In this document: positions 27,762 through 38,197 of the stretch, in pieces
Layout of the letters: each line of letters begins with the position of its first letter
How positions within the stretch are numbered: position 1 is the first letter of the stretch
Source of the DNA: a virus
Taxonomy: Duplodnaviria; Caudoviricetes
Strand: one strand, 5' to 3'
IMG/VR virus record: IMGVR_UViG_3300022591_000013
Span: 1 to 53,153 of that record
Length of the DNA stretch: 53,153 nt
Position numbers and translations under genes: made by a program
The notes under the pieces: model-generated
The model's input: only the letters and a program-made list of their open reading frames with translations
What the model was told of the DNA's origin: nothing
Database searches by the model: none

Positions 27762-27944
27762 ATGAAAACTGTGTATGACGATCGAGGTGTAGCGTACGAT
27801 CTGGATGACGCCGAGGCGGATGCCCGCGTCGCTCGCTACGGGTTCAGCACCACCTGGCCCCCTGCGGCGCAGGAAAAGCCCGCTGAGGAGGACGCGCCCG
27901 TTCAGGATGCTCCGGCACCGATCGACTTCGGCGCGGATCAGTAA
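27762..27944 (+). CDS. Hypothetical protein (60 aa)
   Basis: GGAG RBS. Confidence 0.6.
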   Translation: MKTVYDDRGVAYDLDDAEADARVARYGFSTTWPPAAQEKPAEEDAPVQDAPAPIDFGADQ

Positions 27945-27946
27945 CC

Positions 27947-28315
27947 ATGAGCAACGCGTTGTACGTCCGGCTGGCGGCATCCACACTCAGGATGCTGACC
28001 ACCTATGGGAGCGCCGTAACGCTGCGCTCCTATTCCGGCGGTACGTACAACCCGGCAACCATGGCCGCAGCTCCGACCGTCTCCAACTCCTCCCGAGTGG
28101 CCGTCGTGATTGCCTACAAGTCGGGCGACGTCTTGGCATCGGGCGGGCTGATCCAAGACTCCGACCGCCTCTGCATCATGGGGGCTGAAGGTGCGGCACC
28201 AACCTTGAGCGATAGGGTTGTAGTCGGTGCGGTAGAGTACGCGATCAAGGCAGTTAAGACGATCGCCCCAGACGGCATCACGCCCGTCCTTTACGAGCTT
28301 CAATTGCGGGCATGA
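27947..28315 (+). CDS. Head closure/head-tail joining protein
   Basis: YG..VTLR..GTYNPAT...LIQDSD...LYELQLR; neck position. Confidence 0.7.
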   Translation: MSNALYVRLAASTLRMLTTYGSAVTLRSYSGGTYNPATMAAAPTVSNSSRVAVVIAYKSGDVLASGGLIQDSDRLCIMGAEGAAPTLSDRVVVGAVEYAIKAVKTIAPDGITPVLYELQLRA

Positions 28316-28812
28316 GTTTTCACCTTGATATCCGCGAGTGGTGCAAGAAGGCGAAGGGGCGCACGGACCTCGTTGTTCGGAAAGTGCTCATTGACCTTGG
28401 AACCCGACTGGTGGAGAAGTCTCCGGTGGGGAACCCTGATCTCTGGGATTCGCTCTACGACACTGCGGATGCAGGATCCGGCGCTCAGCGCACGGGCGCA
28501 CGCCGCAAACCTCCCGCAGGGTACGTGGGAGGTCGCTTTCGCGGGAACTGGCAGTATGGAAACCTTGGCCAGCAGTCTGTGCCGATGCAGAGGCTGGACG
28601 ATATCGATCCGTCGGGCGCGATCAGCATCTCGCGGATCACCAAGGGGGTTCTCGAGGCTGAGCCTGCCAACATGCACTATCTCGTCAATAATCTTCCGTA
28701 TGCACAACGCTTGGAGAACGGGTGGTCCAAGCAGGCGCCGCAGGGAATGGTGGCGCTGACCGTTGTCGAGTTTCAGGACATAGTACGGGCCGCAACCGGA
28801 GGCAGGGAATGA
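28312..28812 (+). CDS. Neck/tail completion protein (HK97 gp10-like)
   Basis: SPVG..., GRFRGNWQ, NNLPYAQRLENGWSKQAPQGMV. Confidence 0.8.
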   Translation: MSFHLDIREWCKKAKGRTDLVVRKVLIDLGTRLVEKSPVGNPDLWDSLYDTADAGSGAQRTGARRKPPAGYVGGRFRGNWQYGNLGQQSVPMQRLDDIDPSGAISISRITKGVLEAEPANMHYLVNNLPYAQRLENGWSKQAPQGMVALTVVEFQDIVRAATGGRE

Positions 28813-29228
28813 GCAGCAATGTCGTTGATGTTGGGAGCACGCTTGAGGCCGCACTGGCTGCGATGCCGCAGGTCATTGCGATTGCTTCCGAGAACACTGC
28901 CTACACCCCTACGGCAGGGGTTCCGTACTGCGAGGCGAATCTACTGCTGGCACAACCCTCGGACCTTGAGCTTGGGTCGCAGGGTGCGTACCGAGAGCAG
29001 GGCGTCTTCCTCGTCCGTCTCAACTATCCTCTTCAAGTCGGCAAGGGCCAGAGCCTGGCCTTCGCGGCACTGCTGCGCGCCTATTTCAAGCGCGGCACAA
29101 CCTTCGCTGGCAGCAATGGCGTTCAGGTCACTATCGACAAGACCGCTGAAATAGCACCGGGGTCAGTCGATGGCGATAGGTGGGTCACCCCGGTGCGAAT
29201 TCGGTTCTACTCCAACGTAACGCAATAA
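28809..29228 (+). CDS. Tail terminator protein (DUF4128-like)
   Basis: IASEN..YTP, QGVF.V....P...G, FKRGT, PVRIRF; directly before the tail tube gene. Confidence 0.7.
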   Translation: MSSNVVDVGSTLEAALAAMPQVIAIASENTAYTPTAGVPYCEANLLLAQPSDLELGSQGAYREQGVFLVRLNYPLQVGKGQSLAFAALLRAYFKRGTTFAGSNGVQVTIDKTAEIAPGSVDGDRWVTPVRIRFYSNVTQ

Positions 29229-29246
29229 TCACTGAAAGGAACTGCC

Positions 29247-30479
29247 ATGCCGCTCACCGCGCAAGGAATCAAGAAGCAACTCGTTATCAAGAAGCAGGTG
29301 TCCCTCGGCTCGCTGGCCTCGGGCTCCGGCGGGCAGGTCCTCCGCCGCCGCACCTCCATATGGGAGCAGAAGAAGGCGGAATACAAGTCCGACGAGATCG
29401 TCAGCCACCAGCAATCGACAGGCGCGCGCTATGGCATGGGAACAGTGACCGGGAAGCACTCCGGTCTTCTCTCCCCTGGCACCTTCAAGCTGTGGATGGC
29501 GGCGGTATGCCGCAAGGACTTCGCGGCCGGGGCGGCGACCGGTGCCATCGCGACGGTGACTGCTGCGGTTACTTCCGGCGCCGCAGGGACGTTCACGCGA
29601 TCGGCAGGTTCGTACCTGTCGGACGGCTTCAAGCAGTTCGACGTTGTGCGCTGGGCTGGCTGGGCCACGACGGGCGTTCCGAACAATGCTCACAACTTCT
29701 GGATTACCAGCCTGAGCGCAACCGTCATGACTGTGCTGGCACTGGATGGCGTTGCAGTTGGTGCCAAGGCGTCGGGCGACTCCGTCACTGGCACCGTTGT
29801 CGGCAAGAAGACGCTGGTCCCGCTGACCGGGCACACCGACGACATCTTCACCGTCGAGAATTGGCATCCCGATCTGTCGCCGGTCGTCTCCGAGCTGTAT
29901 GGCGACGTCAAGGTGGATGCAATGTCAATCGGCATCCCTGCCAGCGGCAACGTAACAGTCGATTTTGACTTGAACGGCCTCAGCGAGAGCGTGACCGCCG
30001 CACAGGTGCTGACTACCCCGACAGCTGAGACCACCACGGAAATTCTCAGCGCAGTGCGCGGCTCCATTTCCGTCAATGGTGCGCTGCAAACAACGATCAC
30101 CGGCCTCACGGTCAATGTCAAGGCCAACACCAGCGTCGACGGCCCCGTGATCGGCACCAATGCCGGCCCGAACGTGTCTCGCGGTAAGGTCGAAGTGTCC
30201 GGGCAGTTTCAGGCATATTTCACCGACTCTACCCTTATGCTTCTGCTGAGCAACGAGACGAACATTGGCATCGGTGCGGTCGCTACCTGCGACAATACTG
30301 CCACCAGCGACTTCATCGCCCTCAGCATGACTCGCGTCAAGATCGCAACGGACACTCCGGACGATGGCGAGAAGGGCATTATCCGCACCTACAACTTCAA
30401 TGCCGAGATTGACTCAGCAGGCGGCGCCGCGCTGGCAAACGACCAAACGATCATTTCGTTCCAAGACAGCGCCGCTTAA
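29247..30479 (+). CDS. Major tail tube protein
   Basis: LRR....KSDEI, SRGKVEVSGQFQAYF; strong RBS; precedes chaperones and TMP. Confidence 0.85.
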   Translation: MPLTAQGIKKQLVIKKQVSLGSLASGSGGQVLRRRTSIWEQKKAEYKSDEIVSHQQSTGARYGMGTVTGKHSGLLSPGTFKLWMAAVCRKDFAAGAATGAIATVTAAVTSGAAGTFTRSAGSYLSDGFKQFDVVRWAGWATTGVPNNAHNFWITSLSATVMTVLALDGVAVGAKASGDSVTGTVVGKKTLVPLTGHTDDIFTVENWHPDLSPVVSELYGDVKVDAMSIGIPASGNVTVDFDLNGLSESVTAAQVLTTPTAETTTEILSAVRGSISVNGALQTTITGLTVNVKANTSVDGPVIGTNAGPNVSRGKVEVSGQFQAYFTDSTLMLLLSNETNIGIGAVATCDNTATSDFIALSMTRVKIATDTPDDGEKGIIRTYNFNAEIDSAGGAALANDQTIISFQDSAA

Positions 30480-30512
30480 CTCGCAGCGCACCCTCAACCC
30501 AAGGAGATCACC

Positions 30513-30917
30513 ATGAATCAAGACCAGCCGGTGTCAATCGACGCCCTCAATGCCGTACAAGCCTGCGATGCCGGGTTCGAGTTCGAGTACATCGGACCTG
30601 ACGGAAAAGGCAGTGGGCGCTTCTTCACTGTAATCGGAGAGCAGTCCGAACAGGTGCAGGAGTGGATTCGCAAGAGGCTGAACAAGCTCCGCCGTGACGA
30701 GGATATGGCTCGCCGACGCGGCAAGGAGATTCAGCGGCTGGTTGAGACCGATCAGCAGTTCGGGATCGAGTCTGCTGCGATCAGGATCACGGGCTGGCGG
30801 GGCATCTCGGAAGAATGCACCTTCGACAATGCGGTGCGCCTCTGCACGATCAACCCGCTGATTCGGGCGCAAGTCCTGGATGCATCCGCAGACCTGGGAA
30901 ATTTTATGAAGGGCTGA
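30513..30917 (+). CDS. Tail assembly chaperone (G-like)
   Basis: Between tail tube and TMP; ends LGNFMKG at the slippery site. Confidence 0.8.
   Translation: MNQDQPVSIDALNAVQACDAGFEFEYIGPDGKGSGRFFTVIGEQSEQVQEWIRKRLNKLRRDEDMARRRGKEIQRLVETDQQFGIESAAIRITGWRGISEECTFDNAVRLCTINPLIRAQVLDASADLGNFMKG
30896..30905 (+). promoter_or_regulatory. Programmed -1 frameshift site giving a G-T fusion that ends at 31264
   Basis: In-frame slippery heptamers G GGA AAT and A AAT TTT; the -1 frame stays open to 31264. Confidence 0.8.
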
Positions 30918-31264
30918 TCTCGCAGCTCTGCAAATTCGCAGAGCGAATCTTCCTCCTGGCAACCAAGCAGGAGGATGGTTCAACCTTGCGAGCTCACCTC
31001 AAGTCGCTATGGCGGCAAACCGGTGAGAAGCCAGAGCTGCTTGAGGTCCCAGAGTGCCCCGAAGAAATATCCCACGTTTGGACGTGGTTCGAAGAGTTGA
31101 ATGCTGCAAGGTCAAAAGGGGAGTTGGCGTCGATGCCTATTACGTATGCGGATATTTGGTACTGGTCCTCGCTTACCGGGGTCCGTCCAACCGCACTCGA
31201 GGTTCGAGCCCTTAGGACGTTGGACGGCATGATGCTCAACCCTAAAAAAGGTACAGCAAGATGA
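30899..31264 (+). CDS. Tail assembly chaperone frameshift extension (T-like)
   Basis: HVWTWFEEL..R...PITYADI..W......E...L..LD pattern; no start or RBS of its own. Confidence 0.75.
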   Translation, partial: KFYEGLISQLCKFAERIFLLATKQEDGSTLRAHLKSLWRQTGEKPELLEVPECPEEISHVWTWFEELNAARSKGELASMPITYADIWYWSSLTGVRPTALEVRALRTLDGMMLNPKKGTAR

Positions 31265-34200
31265 GTGACTCCGGCGCCGCAGATATTGCCTCTCTAGGAC
31301 TGAGCGTTGATGCGACTAGCGTCGACGCTGCGGCCAAGTCGTTGGATCGGCTGAGCGAGGCATCTGATCGCAACAGCAGCTCCACCGAGCGCCAGATGCA
31401 GAACATGCGCGGCGTTGCTGCCAGCATGAAGCAGCAGGCGACCTCTGCCAACGAGGTGGCCGACAACGTACAGAAACTACTGAACAAATACGACCCGCTT
31501 GGCACCAAGCTCCGCTCCCTTGAGTCGGAGTTCATCGCCTTGAACAAGGCCGTGGCCAACAATGCCGTAGGATCCACCTCTGATGCGGCATTGGACAAAA
31601 CCTACGCGGCACTGAACAAGGAAATTGCCAGCACCAAGACCCTGATGGAAAACGCCGCGAGCGCCACCACCAAGTTCAGCATGTCGGCCAGCTACGCATC
31701 GCGCGAGTTGATGGTCCTAGGGCACGAAGCAATGAACGGGAACCTGAGCAGGATTCCAGGAACCTTCATGAGCATGCTGGCACACTCGAACTTCTTCGCA
31801 GCAGGATTGGCGCCCGTGCTGGCGGGGGTGCTGGCGGTTGCTGTGGGCGTGGGAGTGCTCGGCAAGGCGGCATACGACGCCCACCACAACCAGGAACTTC
31901 TGGGCAATTCCCTATACGTCAGTGGCAACTACGCCGGGAAGACTGCTGGTCAGTTGGATGCGATGGCCAGCAGCATGGCCAGCAGCGGTGAGATTGGCAA
32001 CAATGCCGCGAACAAGATCGTGGCTGGCTACGCGGCCAGCGGGCAGATAGGAGGCGAGGCACTCGAAAAACTATCGGGGCTGACACTTGACTATGCCCGG
32101 ATCACCGGACAGACCGCAGAGAAGGCGGCGGAGCACCTGACGAAGATGTTTGAAGACCCTAAGAAGGGCGCAGAGTCTTTCGCCAAGTCGACGCACGACC
32201 TGACGCTTGCGGAATACGACCTGATCGTCGCGATGCAGGAGCAAGGCAGGCAGGGTGAGGCCCAACTGCTGCTGGGAGAGAAGCTCAGCACCTGGACCAA
32301 CAAGCACAAGGAAGAGGTCGGCCTCTTGGCATTCACCTATCGCTGGTGGAAAAGCGCCATCAGTGAGGCCGACACCGAGCTTGGGAAAATCCTGATGGGA
32401 ACCCACTCCTTGCAGGAGGTAATCGCCGCGCAGGAACGCTCCATAGAGAGCTCCCGGAAACTTGGGATTGACCCTGGCGTCATCAAGATGGCAGAGGAAA
32501 AGCTCGAGCTTCTGAAGGGCGAGCTGGCGATTCTCGGCATTCAGACCAAAGAGCGCGAAGAGCAGAGCAAGCTGAACGACGCAGACCTAGCCAACCGCAA
32601 GCTGGTCGCTGCATCGGATCAAGGTCGCCTTGCCACCTTGCAGAATCAGATGAAGGCAATCGCTGATACCGTGCGGATAGGGGCCGACGCTGACGTCGCC
32701 ATGCAGGCATCCGTCACGGTGCAGAAGCAGATCGACGAGCTCATGGACCGCATGGGCACCAAGGGCCGGCAGCGGGCACAGGAACAGATCGAGTTGCAGT
32801 CCAGGCTGAACGAGATCTCGATTGCCGCAGCGCAGAAGGCCAACGATCACGAACTCAAGATGGGCGCGATCACCAAAGAGCGGCATGATCAGAACAAGCT
32901 GGACCTGGACCTGCGTAAGAACGGGATCGAGCAGGTGAAGGAAGCAGAGCTTGCCGCGATCAGCTCCGTTATCTCTGGTGAGCGTCGTAAGCATCAACTC
33001 AAGCTACAGGAGCTGGTCGCCGAAGCGGAGGCAATTAAGCTTCAAGGCGGGTATGCAACGGACGAGGAGAAAAAGAAGTCGCTCGACGATGCACTGAAGA
33101 AGCAGCAGGAGCTGGACAAGCACGAGCTTGATGCCCTGGACAAGAAGATCGCAGCGCAGCAGCTGTACAACGCCGAGATCGGGAAGACGCAAGCGCAGAA
33201 GGATATTGAGAAGCAGCTGGTGGAAGAATCCGGGACGCGCGAGCTCGAGATCCAAGCTGAGGCGTTCAGGAACGTCGTCGCATTGAACATACTGTCCGCA
33301 GACGAGCTGAAGATCTACCAGGAGAAGCTGACGACGCTGGACGCCGAGATCGAGAAGCGCAAGGTGCTGGCCACGCTGCTTGGACAAGCCTCTGTGCTCC
33401 AGAAGCAGGCTGACGGCATCAAGGAGACGAAAGCTTCTTGGAAGAGGCTGACGGATGACGTAGAGCGCAGTCTGACGGATGCCTTGATGCACGGGTTCGA
33501 TAAGGGCAAGGGGTTCTTGCAGAGCTTCACGGATAGCATCAAGAACTCGCTGAAGTCCTCGATCATCAGTATTGGCGTGAGGGCAGTGGTCAGCCCAATC
33601 ATGGGCGCGATTGGAAGTGCCCTGGGAATTGCCGGAGATGCGGCATCCGGTGGCGGCGGTGGTATGAGCGGAACGAGCATGCTGTCCTTGGGGAGCAGCG
33701 CGTACAGTCTGGCCGGCGGAAGCAGTCTCTACTCCAGTTTCGCGATGTCGGGGATGGGGCAGGCTCTTGGCCTGAGCACCGCTGGCTCTATGATAGCTCC
33801 TGCGGCGGGAACAATTGTCTCCGGCGCCGCAGGTTCGATCCCGACGGTATTCGCGGCGAATATGGGGACTGTCATTGGTGGGACGGCAGAAGCTGTTGGT
33901 ACAACGGCGGCGGCTGGTAGCATGACCGCCCTAGGATCTGCCATCCCCTATGTCGGGGCGGCGATTGCTATTGCATCCGCCCTTGGCCTATTCGGTGGTG
34001 GCAATGACAACGCAGAGCCTGCTGGGCCTCCCAATCAATACTGGGTAAATCTCAAGGGCATGGCGTCCGGCCTGGCGGCGAAGGGCGGTGCCAGCTATGG
34101 GTACATGGGACGCCGCAATGATGGTGGCGAGTATGACGGCAGTGGCGGCTTTTCCGCAGCGCAGCAGGCATCCATCAGCTCGACGATAGCAGGGTTGTTT

Positions 34201-35178
34201 GCCGGGTACAAAAGCATAGCGAGCAACATGGGCCTGAAGCTTCCTGACCTAGTGTCGAACACCCCCGGCTCGGCATCCTTCACGGGAAGCAACGGCGAGA
34301 TGGTAGGATCGCGCGTCGGCACGTCGCTGGCGGACGCGCTGACAAAATCTCTTGACGACTTGAGCATGGCAATAGCCATGAAGATGATTCCCAATCTCAA
34401 GTCGTTCCAAGCAACCGGTGAGACGCTTACAGCAACCGTACAGCGGCTGAATCAGGAGTTCAACCTGACCAACCAAATAACCGCACTGTCCGGAAAGGAC
34501 GGGACTGCGGTGTTTGGCAAAGGGAACCTGAAGGACCGTGACCAGCTGGTCAGCATGCTGGGAGGTTTATCGAATGCCTCCTCCTCCGTGGGCTCGTATT
34601 ACAACGCATACCATAGCCAAGCCGAGCGCACTGCCGATACGCGTGCGAGCATCGCCAGCACTCTGAGGTCTCTAGGGATAGCAGACGCCCCAACAACTCG
34701 AGGGCAGTTCCGCACCTTGGTTGAAAGCCAAGACTTGGCGACTGAATCGGGTCGCAGGATGTACGCCACCTTGATCTCTGTAGCGGATGCGTTCGCAGGC
34801 ATCACGGATGCGGCAGCAAACGTCTCTAAGGCACTCGACCCGTTCGACGAGAGCAGGTTCAAGACGCTTGCGGCATACCGGTACGCCAACCTCAGGGCCG
34901 GACGCGTCCCTGCGTTTGCCGCAGGCGGCTCCTTCGATGGAGGAATACGCGTCGTCGGAGAATCAGGCCCCGAGGTCGAATTCACCGGCCCTAGCAGGAT
35001 CGCGAGCAATGCGGACAGCAGGCGGCTTCTAGATAACTCGCAGGTGGTCCGAGAGGTGCAGCTCCTGCGCGACGACCTCCGCCGCGGGCAACTGGTTATG
35101 GCGCAGCACCTTCGTGTCATGTCACAGGTACATAAGAGCTGGGACGGCAATGGCCTCCCAGCGACGAGGACCGTGTAA
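31261..35178 (+). CDS. Tail tape measure protein
   Basis: 1305 aa helical; DIASLGLSVD N-terminus, SGNYAGKT, C-terminal FAAGG..RVVGESGPE. Confidence 0.93.
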   Translation: MSDSGAADIASLGLSVDATSVDAAAKSLDRLSEASDRNSSSTERQMQNMRGVAASMKQQATSANEVADNVQKLLNKYDPLGTKLRSLESEFIALNKAVANNAVGSTSDAALDKTYAALNKEIASTKTLMENAASATTKFSMSASYASRELMVLGHEAMNGNLSRIPGTFMSMLAHSNFFAAGLAPVLAGVLAVAVGVGVLGKAAYDAHHNQELLGNSLYVSGNYAGKTAGQLDAMASSMASSGEIGNNAANKIVAGYAASGQIGGEALEKLSGLTLDYARITGQTAEKAAEHLTKMFEDPKKGAESFAKSTHDLTLAEYDLIVAMQEQGRQGEAQLLLGEKLSTWTNKHKEEVGLLAFTYRWWKSAISEADTELGKILMGTHSLQEVIAAQERSIESSRKLGIDPGVIKMAEEKLELLKGELAILGIQTKEREEQSKLNDADLANRKLVAASDQGRLATLQNQMKAIADTVRIGADADVAMQASVTVQKQIDELMDRMGTKGRQRAQEQIELQSRLNEISIAAAQKANDHELKMGAITKERHDQNKLDLDLRKNGIEQVKEAELAAISSVISGERRKHQLKLQELVAEAEAIKLQGGYATDEEKKKSLDDALKKQQELDKHELDALDKKIAAQQLYNAEIGKTQAQKDIEKQLVEESGTRELEIQAEAFRNVVALNILSADELKIYQEKLTTLDAEIEKRKVLATLLGQASVLQKQADGIKETKASWKRLTDDVERSLTDALMHGFDKGKGFLQSFTDSIKNSLKSSIISIGVRAVVSPIMGAIGSALGIAGDAASGGGGGMSGTSMLSLGSSAYSLAGGSSLYSSFAMSGMGQALGLSTAGSMIAPAAGTIVSGAAGSIPTVFAANMGTVIGGTAEAVGTTAAAGSMTALGSAIPYVGAAIAIASALGLFGGGNDNAEPAGPPNQYWVNLKGMASGLAAKGGASYGYMGRRNDGGEYDGSGGFSAAQQASISSTIAGLFAGYKSIASNMGLKLPDLVSNTPGSASFTGSNGEMVGSRVGTSLADALTKSLDDLSMAIAMKMIPNLKSFQATGETLTATVQRLNQEFNLTNQITALSGKDGTAVFGKGNLKDRDQLVSMLGGLSNASSSVGSYYNAYHSQAERTADTRASIASTLRSLGIADAPTTRGQFRTLVESQDLATESGRRMYATLISVADAFAGITDAAANVSKALDPFDESRFKTLAAYRYANLRAGRVPAFAAGGSFDGGIRVVGESGPEVEFTGPSRIASNADSRRLLDNSQVVREVQLLRDDLRRGQLVMAQHLRVMSQVHKSWDGNGLPATRTV

Positions 35179-36092
35179 TGAAGATCGTTCAGCCTATAGC
35201 GGTAACAGATGCAATCCTGTCGTCCAGCAACATCCCCGAGACTGAGTACGGGATCTACAGCGCCCTGGCGACGTATGCAGCAGGAGACTCTGTAATCGTT
35301 CTCTCAACGCATCATATCTACAAGTCTCTTCAGGCTGGGAATATAGGTCACGACCCAGTGGCGGATTCCGCCCTAGAAACACCGCTGTGGTGGGTCAATA
35401 TGGGTGCAGATAACAGGTGGCGCATGTTCGACGGTGCAAGCGTCAATGTATCGAGTGCCGCGGACCTGATCTCCTGCGGACTTCAGATGCCAGTCGGGAA
35501 CAGGGCAGACAGCATTGTGCTACTGAACCTGGATGGCGTTTCCGCCGAGGTCACGGTAACAGACCCCGTAGAGGGAGTTGTGTATGACACGACGCATTCC
35601 CTAATCTCCAATCTCGGAATCACGGATTGGTATTCCTACTTCTTTGAGCCGATCATCCGGATCACGGAGCTCGCAGTCACGGACCTTCCTCCGTATGCCG
35701 CAGCATTGATTGGCGTAACCATCAACGCAGCAGGGCAGACAGTCAGCTGCGGTGAGCTTGTCGTGGGGCTTTCCAAGTTTATTGGCAACAGCCAGTACGG
35801 AGCACAGCTCGGAATTCAGGACTACAGCGTCAAGCAGACAGACCCTTTCGGGAACTACACGATCCTGCAACGGGCATTCAGCAAGAAGGCAACATTCCAG
35901 GTTTGGGTTGATGCGGCGCGCGTAGATTCTCTTAACCAACTCTTCGCAGATTACAGAGCGACTCCGATTGTGTGGATCGGAGCAGACGAGTATTCAAGCA
36001 CCATCATATACGGGTTCTACAAAGACTTCTCTGTTGAGATTGCGTACATGGAAGTCTCCATTTGCTCACTTGAAATAGAAGGACTGACATGA
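35178..36092 (+). CDS. Tail tip/distal tail structural protein
   Basis: TAATG-coupled to TMP; NRWRMFD and GIQDYSVKQTDPFGN. Confidence 0.7.
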   Translation: MKIVQPIAVTDAILSSSNIPETEYGIYSALATYAAGDSVIVLSTHHIYKSLQAGNIGHDPVADSALETPLWWVNMGADNRWRMFDGASVNVSSAADLISCGLQMPVGNRADSIVLLNLDGVSAEVTVTDPVEGVVYDTTHSLISNLGITDWYSYFFEPIIRITELAVTDLPPYAAALIGVTINAAGQTVSCGELVVGLSKFIGNSQYGAQLGIQDYSVKQTDPFGNYTILQRAFSKKATFQVWVDAARVDSLNQLFADYRATPIVWIGADEYSSTIIYGFYKDFSVEIAYMEVSICSLEIEGLT

Positions 36093-37591
36093 CCATCTCT
36101 ACGTTACCTGCCGCACCCTCCCGCAACGATTCTCCCGATGTCTTCGTTGGGAAGAGCGATACGTTTGTTGCTGCACTTCAGACGCTCGTGACGGAGATCA
36201 ACGCCACAGTCGTCGGATTCAACGTCACCAAGTGGATCACCGGAACTACTTATGGAATCGGCGATCTGACCTGGTCTCCGATTGATTACCAGACCTACCG
36301 CCGCAAGACGGCTGGCGCTGGCACCACGGACCCCTCTGCCGACACCACGAACTGGGCGTTGCAGTTGATCTCCGGCGCAGCAATTCAGGCGCAGACCTAC
36401 ACTGCATTCACGACCGGAGGAACTTCCGGGTCATTCACCCTTTCTCCGGCGCCTGCCCTTGGCAGCTATATCGCGAACCAGAGATTTCGTGTCAAGTTTC
36501 ATACCGTCGGGAATGGTAGCGACAACCTGAATATCTCAGGGCTTGGCAACAAGGCCCTGAAGCAGTATGACCAGCTGGGAAATAAGAGGTCTCCACGAAT
36601 CTATTCTGGAATGCAGACAGATGTGGAGTACGACGGCACGGACCTGGTGATCCGCGACCCAGTGCCGGCCGGGGCGCTGCTCAGTGACACTTGGTACGCC
36701 ACGCCGGCCGCAAACCAAGTGACCTTGATACTTGGCGGGCAGGTATCCCCATCGGGATTACCCGTCGCTATATTCACAAATAACCAGGCGGTGGTGTTCT
36801 CTACGACCGGAGCGTTGCTTTCGCCTCTGGTGGCTGGCACCATTTACTACACAGTGAAATCCACTGGTTCCAATTTCTATGTGGCGGCAGAACCGGACGG
36901 CGCACCCATCGTGTTCACCGGAACTCAATCCGGTACGCAGACCATCTCCAACGCGCCCTATAACAAAGCCACAAACAATCCCGCGCGCGTATTGATCGAG
37001 ATGGTTGGACCGGGCGCCGGCGGCGGAAATGTCACCGCGGTGGCCGGTGCAGCCGGAAGCGGTGGAGCTGGCGGCAACGCAATTGTCATTGACACTCCGG
37101 CGAGCAGGCTTGCAGCGGGAAATATTACGCTCACGACCCCTATAGGCGGCACGCCGGCGGCCGCCCCGATTGCAGGCACGTCCGCCGATTTTTTCGGGAC
37201 CGGCAGCATCAGTACAGGGATCGCAAACCCCGGCCTGACATCGTCTGCGGCGTCTGTTTCAAAGCAGGGTGGGGCTCCTGACGTAAATGGAATACCTGCT
37301 GCCGTCTATGGAAACTCTGCGATGCCAGGAGTCGCCCCCCTCCATATAGATTTTTTCTCAGGTGACGGCGGCGGTGCCTCGTTTTGCACTGCGGCAGTGG
37401 CGACGGCGGTGCCTGGAACGGGCGGGGCTGCGGCGCTGTATAGCGCCGTAGCAGTGGCCTTCGTCGGTGCGACGACGCCAGGAAACTCCGCCAACAGTTT
37501 CGGCAGCGGAGGTTCCGGCGCCCTCGGCGCCACGGCAAATAATGGCGGGCACGGCCGAAATGGCTGCATCCGCATCCGGGAATACGCATAA
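36089..37591 (+). CDS. Tail fibre/receptor-binding protein
   Basis: LPAAPSR N-terminus, Gly-rich C-terminal domain (GAGGG...GGHGRNGCIRIREY). Confidence 0.8.
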   Translation: MTISTLPAAPSRNDSPDVFVGKSDTFVAALQTLVTEINATVVGFNVTKWITGTTYGIGDLTWSPIDYQTYRRKTAGAGTTDPSADTTNWALQLISGAAIQAQTYTAFTTGGTSGSFTLSPAPALGSYIANQRFRVKFHTVGNGSDNLNISGLGNKALKQYDQLGNKRSPRIYSGMQTDVEYDGTDLVIRDPVPAGALLSDTWYATPAANQVTLILGGQVSPSGLPVAIFTNNQAVVFSTTGALLSPLVAGTIYYTVKSTGSNFYVAAEPDGAPIVFTGTQSGTQTISNAPYNKATNNPARVLIEMVGPGAGGGNVTAVAGAAGSGGAGGNAIVIDTPASRLAAGNITLTTPIGGTPAAAPIAGTSADFFGTGSISTGIANPGLTSSAASVSKQGGAPDVNGIPAAVYGNSAMPGVAPLHIDFFSGDGGGASFCTAAVATAVPGTGGAAALYSAVAVAFVGATTPGNSANSFGSGGSGALGATANNGGHGRNGCIRIREYA

Positions 37592-37702
37592 CGACTTCCT
37601 GACTGCCGCGGCCATCTCCTCCTCGGCAGTCTGAAAACAAGTGCCGGCCCTTGCGAAGATGACCGGCAAGAGAAAACAACGAAGGACTGTTTGGAGAATG
37701 TA

Positions 37703-38197
37703 ATGTCTGAAGCCGAAAACGCGCAAGCCACCCTTGCCACGCTGCAAGCCGAGATTCGCGCCTTGTGCGAGAACGTGCAACGCCTGTCGAATGTGGTCGA
37801 GCAGAACACCGCCCAACTGTCGAAGCTGGCCGTGCTGGAGGAAAAGCACAATAACCAGTCGCAAGCCCTTGACCGCGCCTTCGCGTCGGTGCGCCACCTT
37901 GAGGAGGACATGACGCAACACGGCAAGGATGACGTGGTTGTTCACGACAAGCTCGCCGCGCAGACCGAGGCATTGAAAACGGACATTGCCCTACAGCTAA
38001 AAGAAGTGAAAGAGGCGAACGACAAGGATCACAAGTGGTACGACCGAGCCATCAACATCTCTCTCGGGTTCATGCTGGCGGTGTCGGTGGGCTGGACGAT
38101 ATTTGGCTTCCGCCTTCAGCACGGCATGGACGAGTTCGACTCGACCCGCTTGGAAATGCTGATCTATCTGAGAACCCACAAGCAGGTGACGCCATGA
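37703..38197 (+). CDS. Coiled-coil protein with C-terminal TM segment (holin/antiholin candidate)
   Basis: LAVLEEK coiled coil plus hydrophobic ISLGFMLAVSVGWTIFGF; first gene of the lysis region. Confidence 0.55.
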   Translation: MSEAENAQATLATLQAEIRALCENVQRLSNVVEQNTAQLSKLAVLEEKHNNQSQALDRAFASVRHLEEDMTQHGKDDVVVHDKLAAQTEALKTDIALQLKEVKEANDKDHKWYDRAINISLGFMLAVSVGWTIFGFRLQHGMDEFDSTRLEMLIYLRTHKQVTP

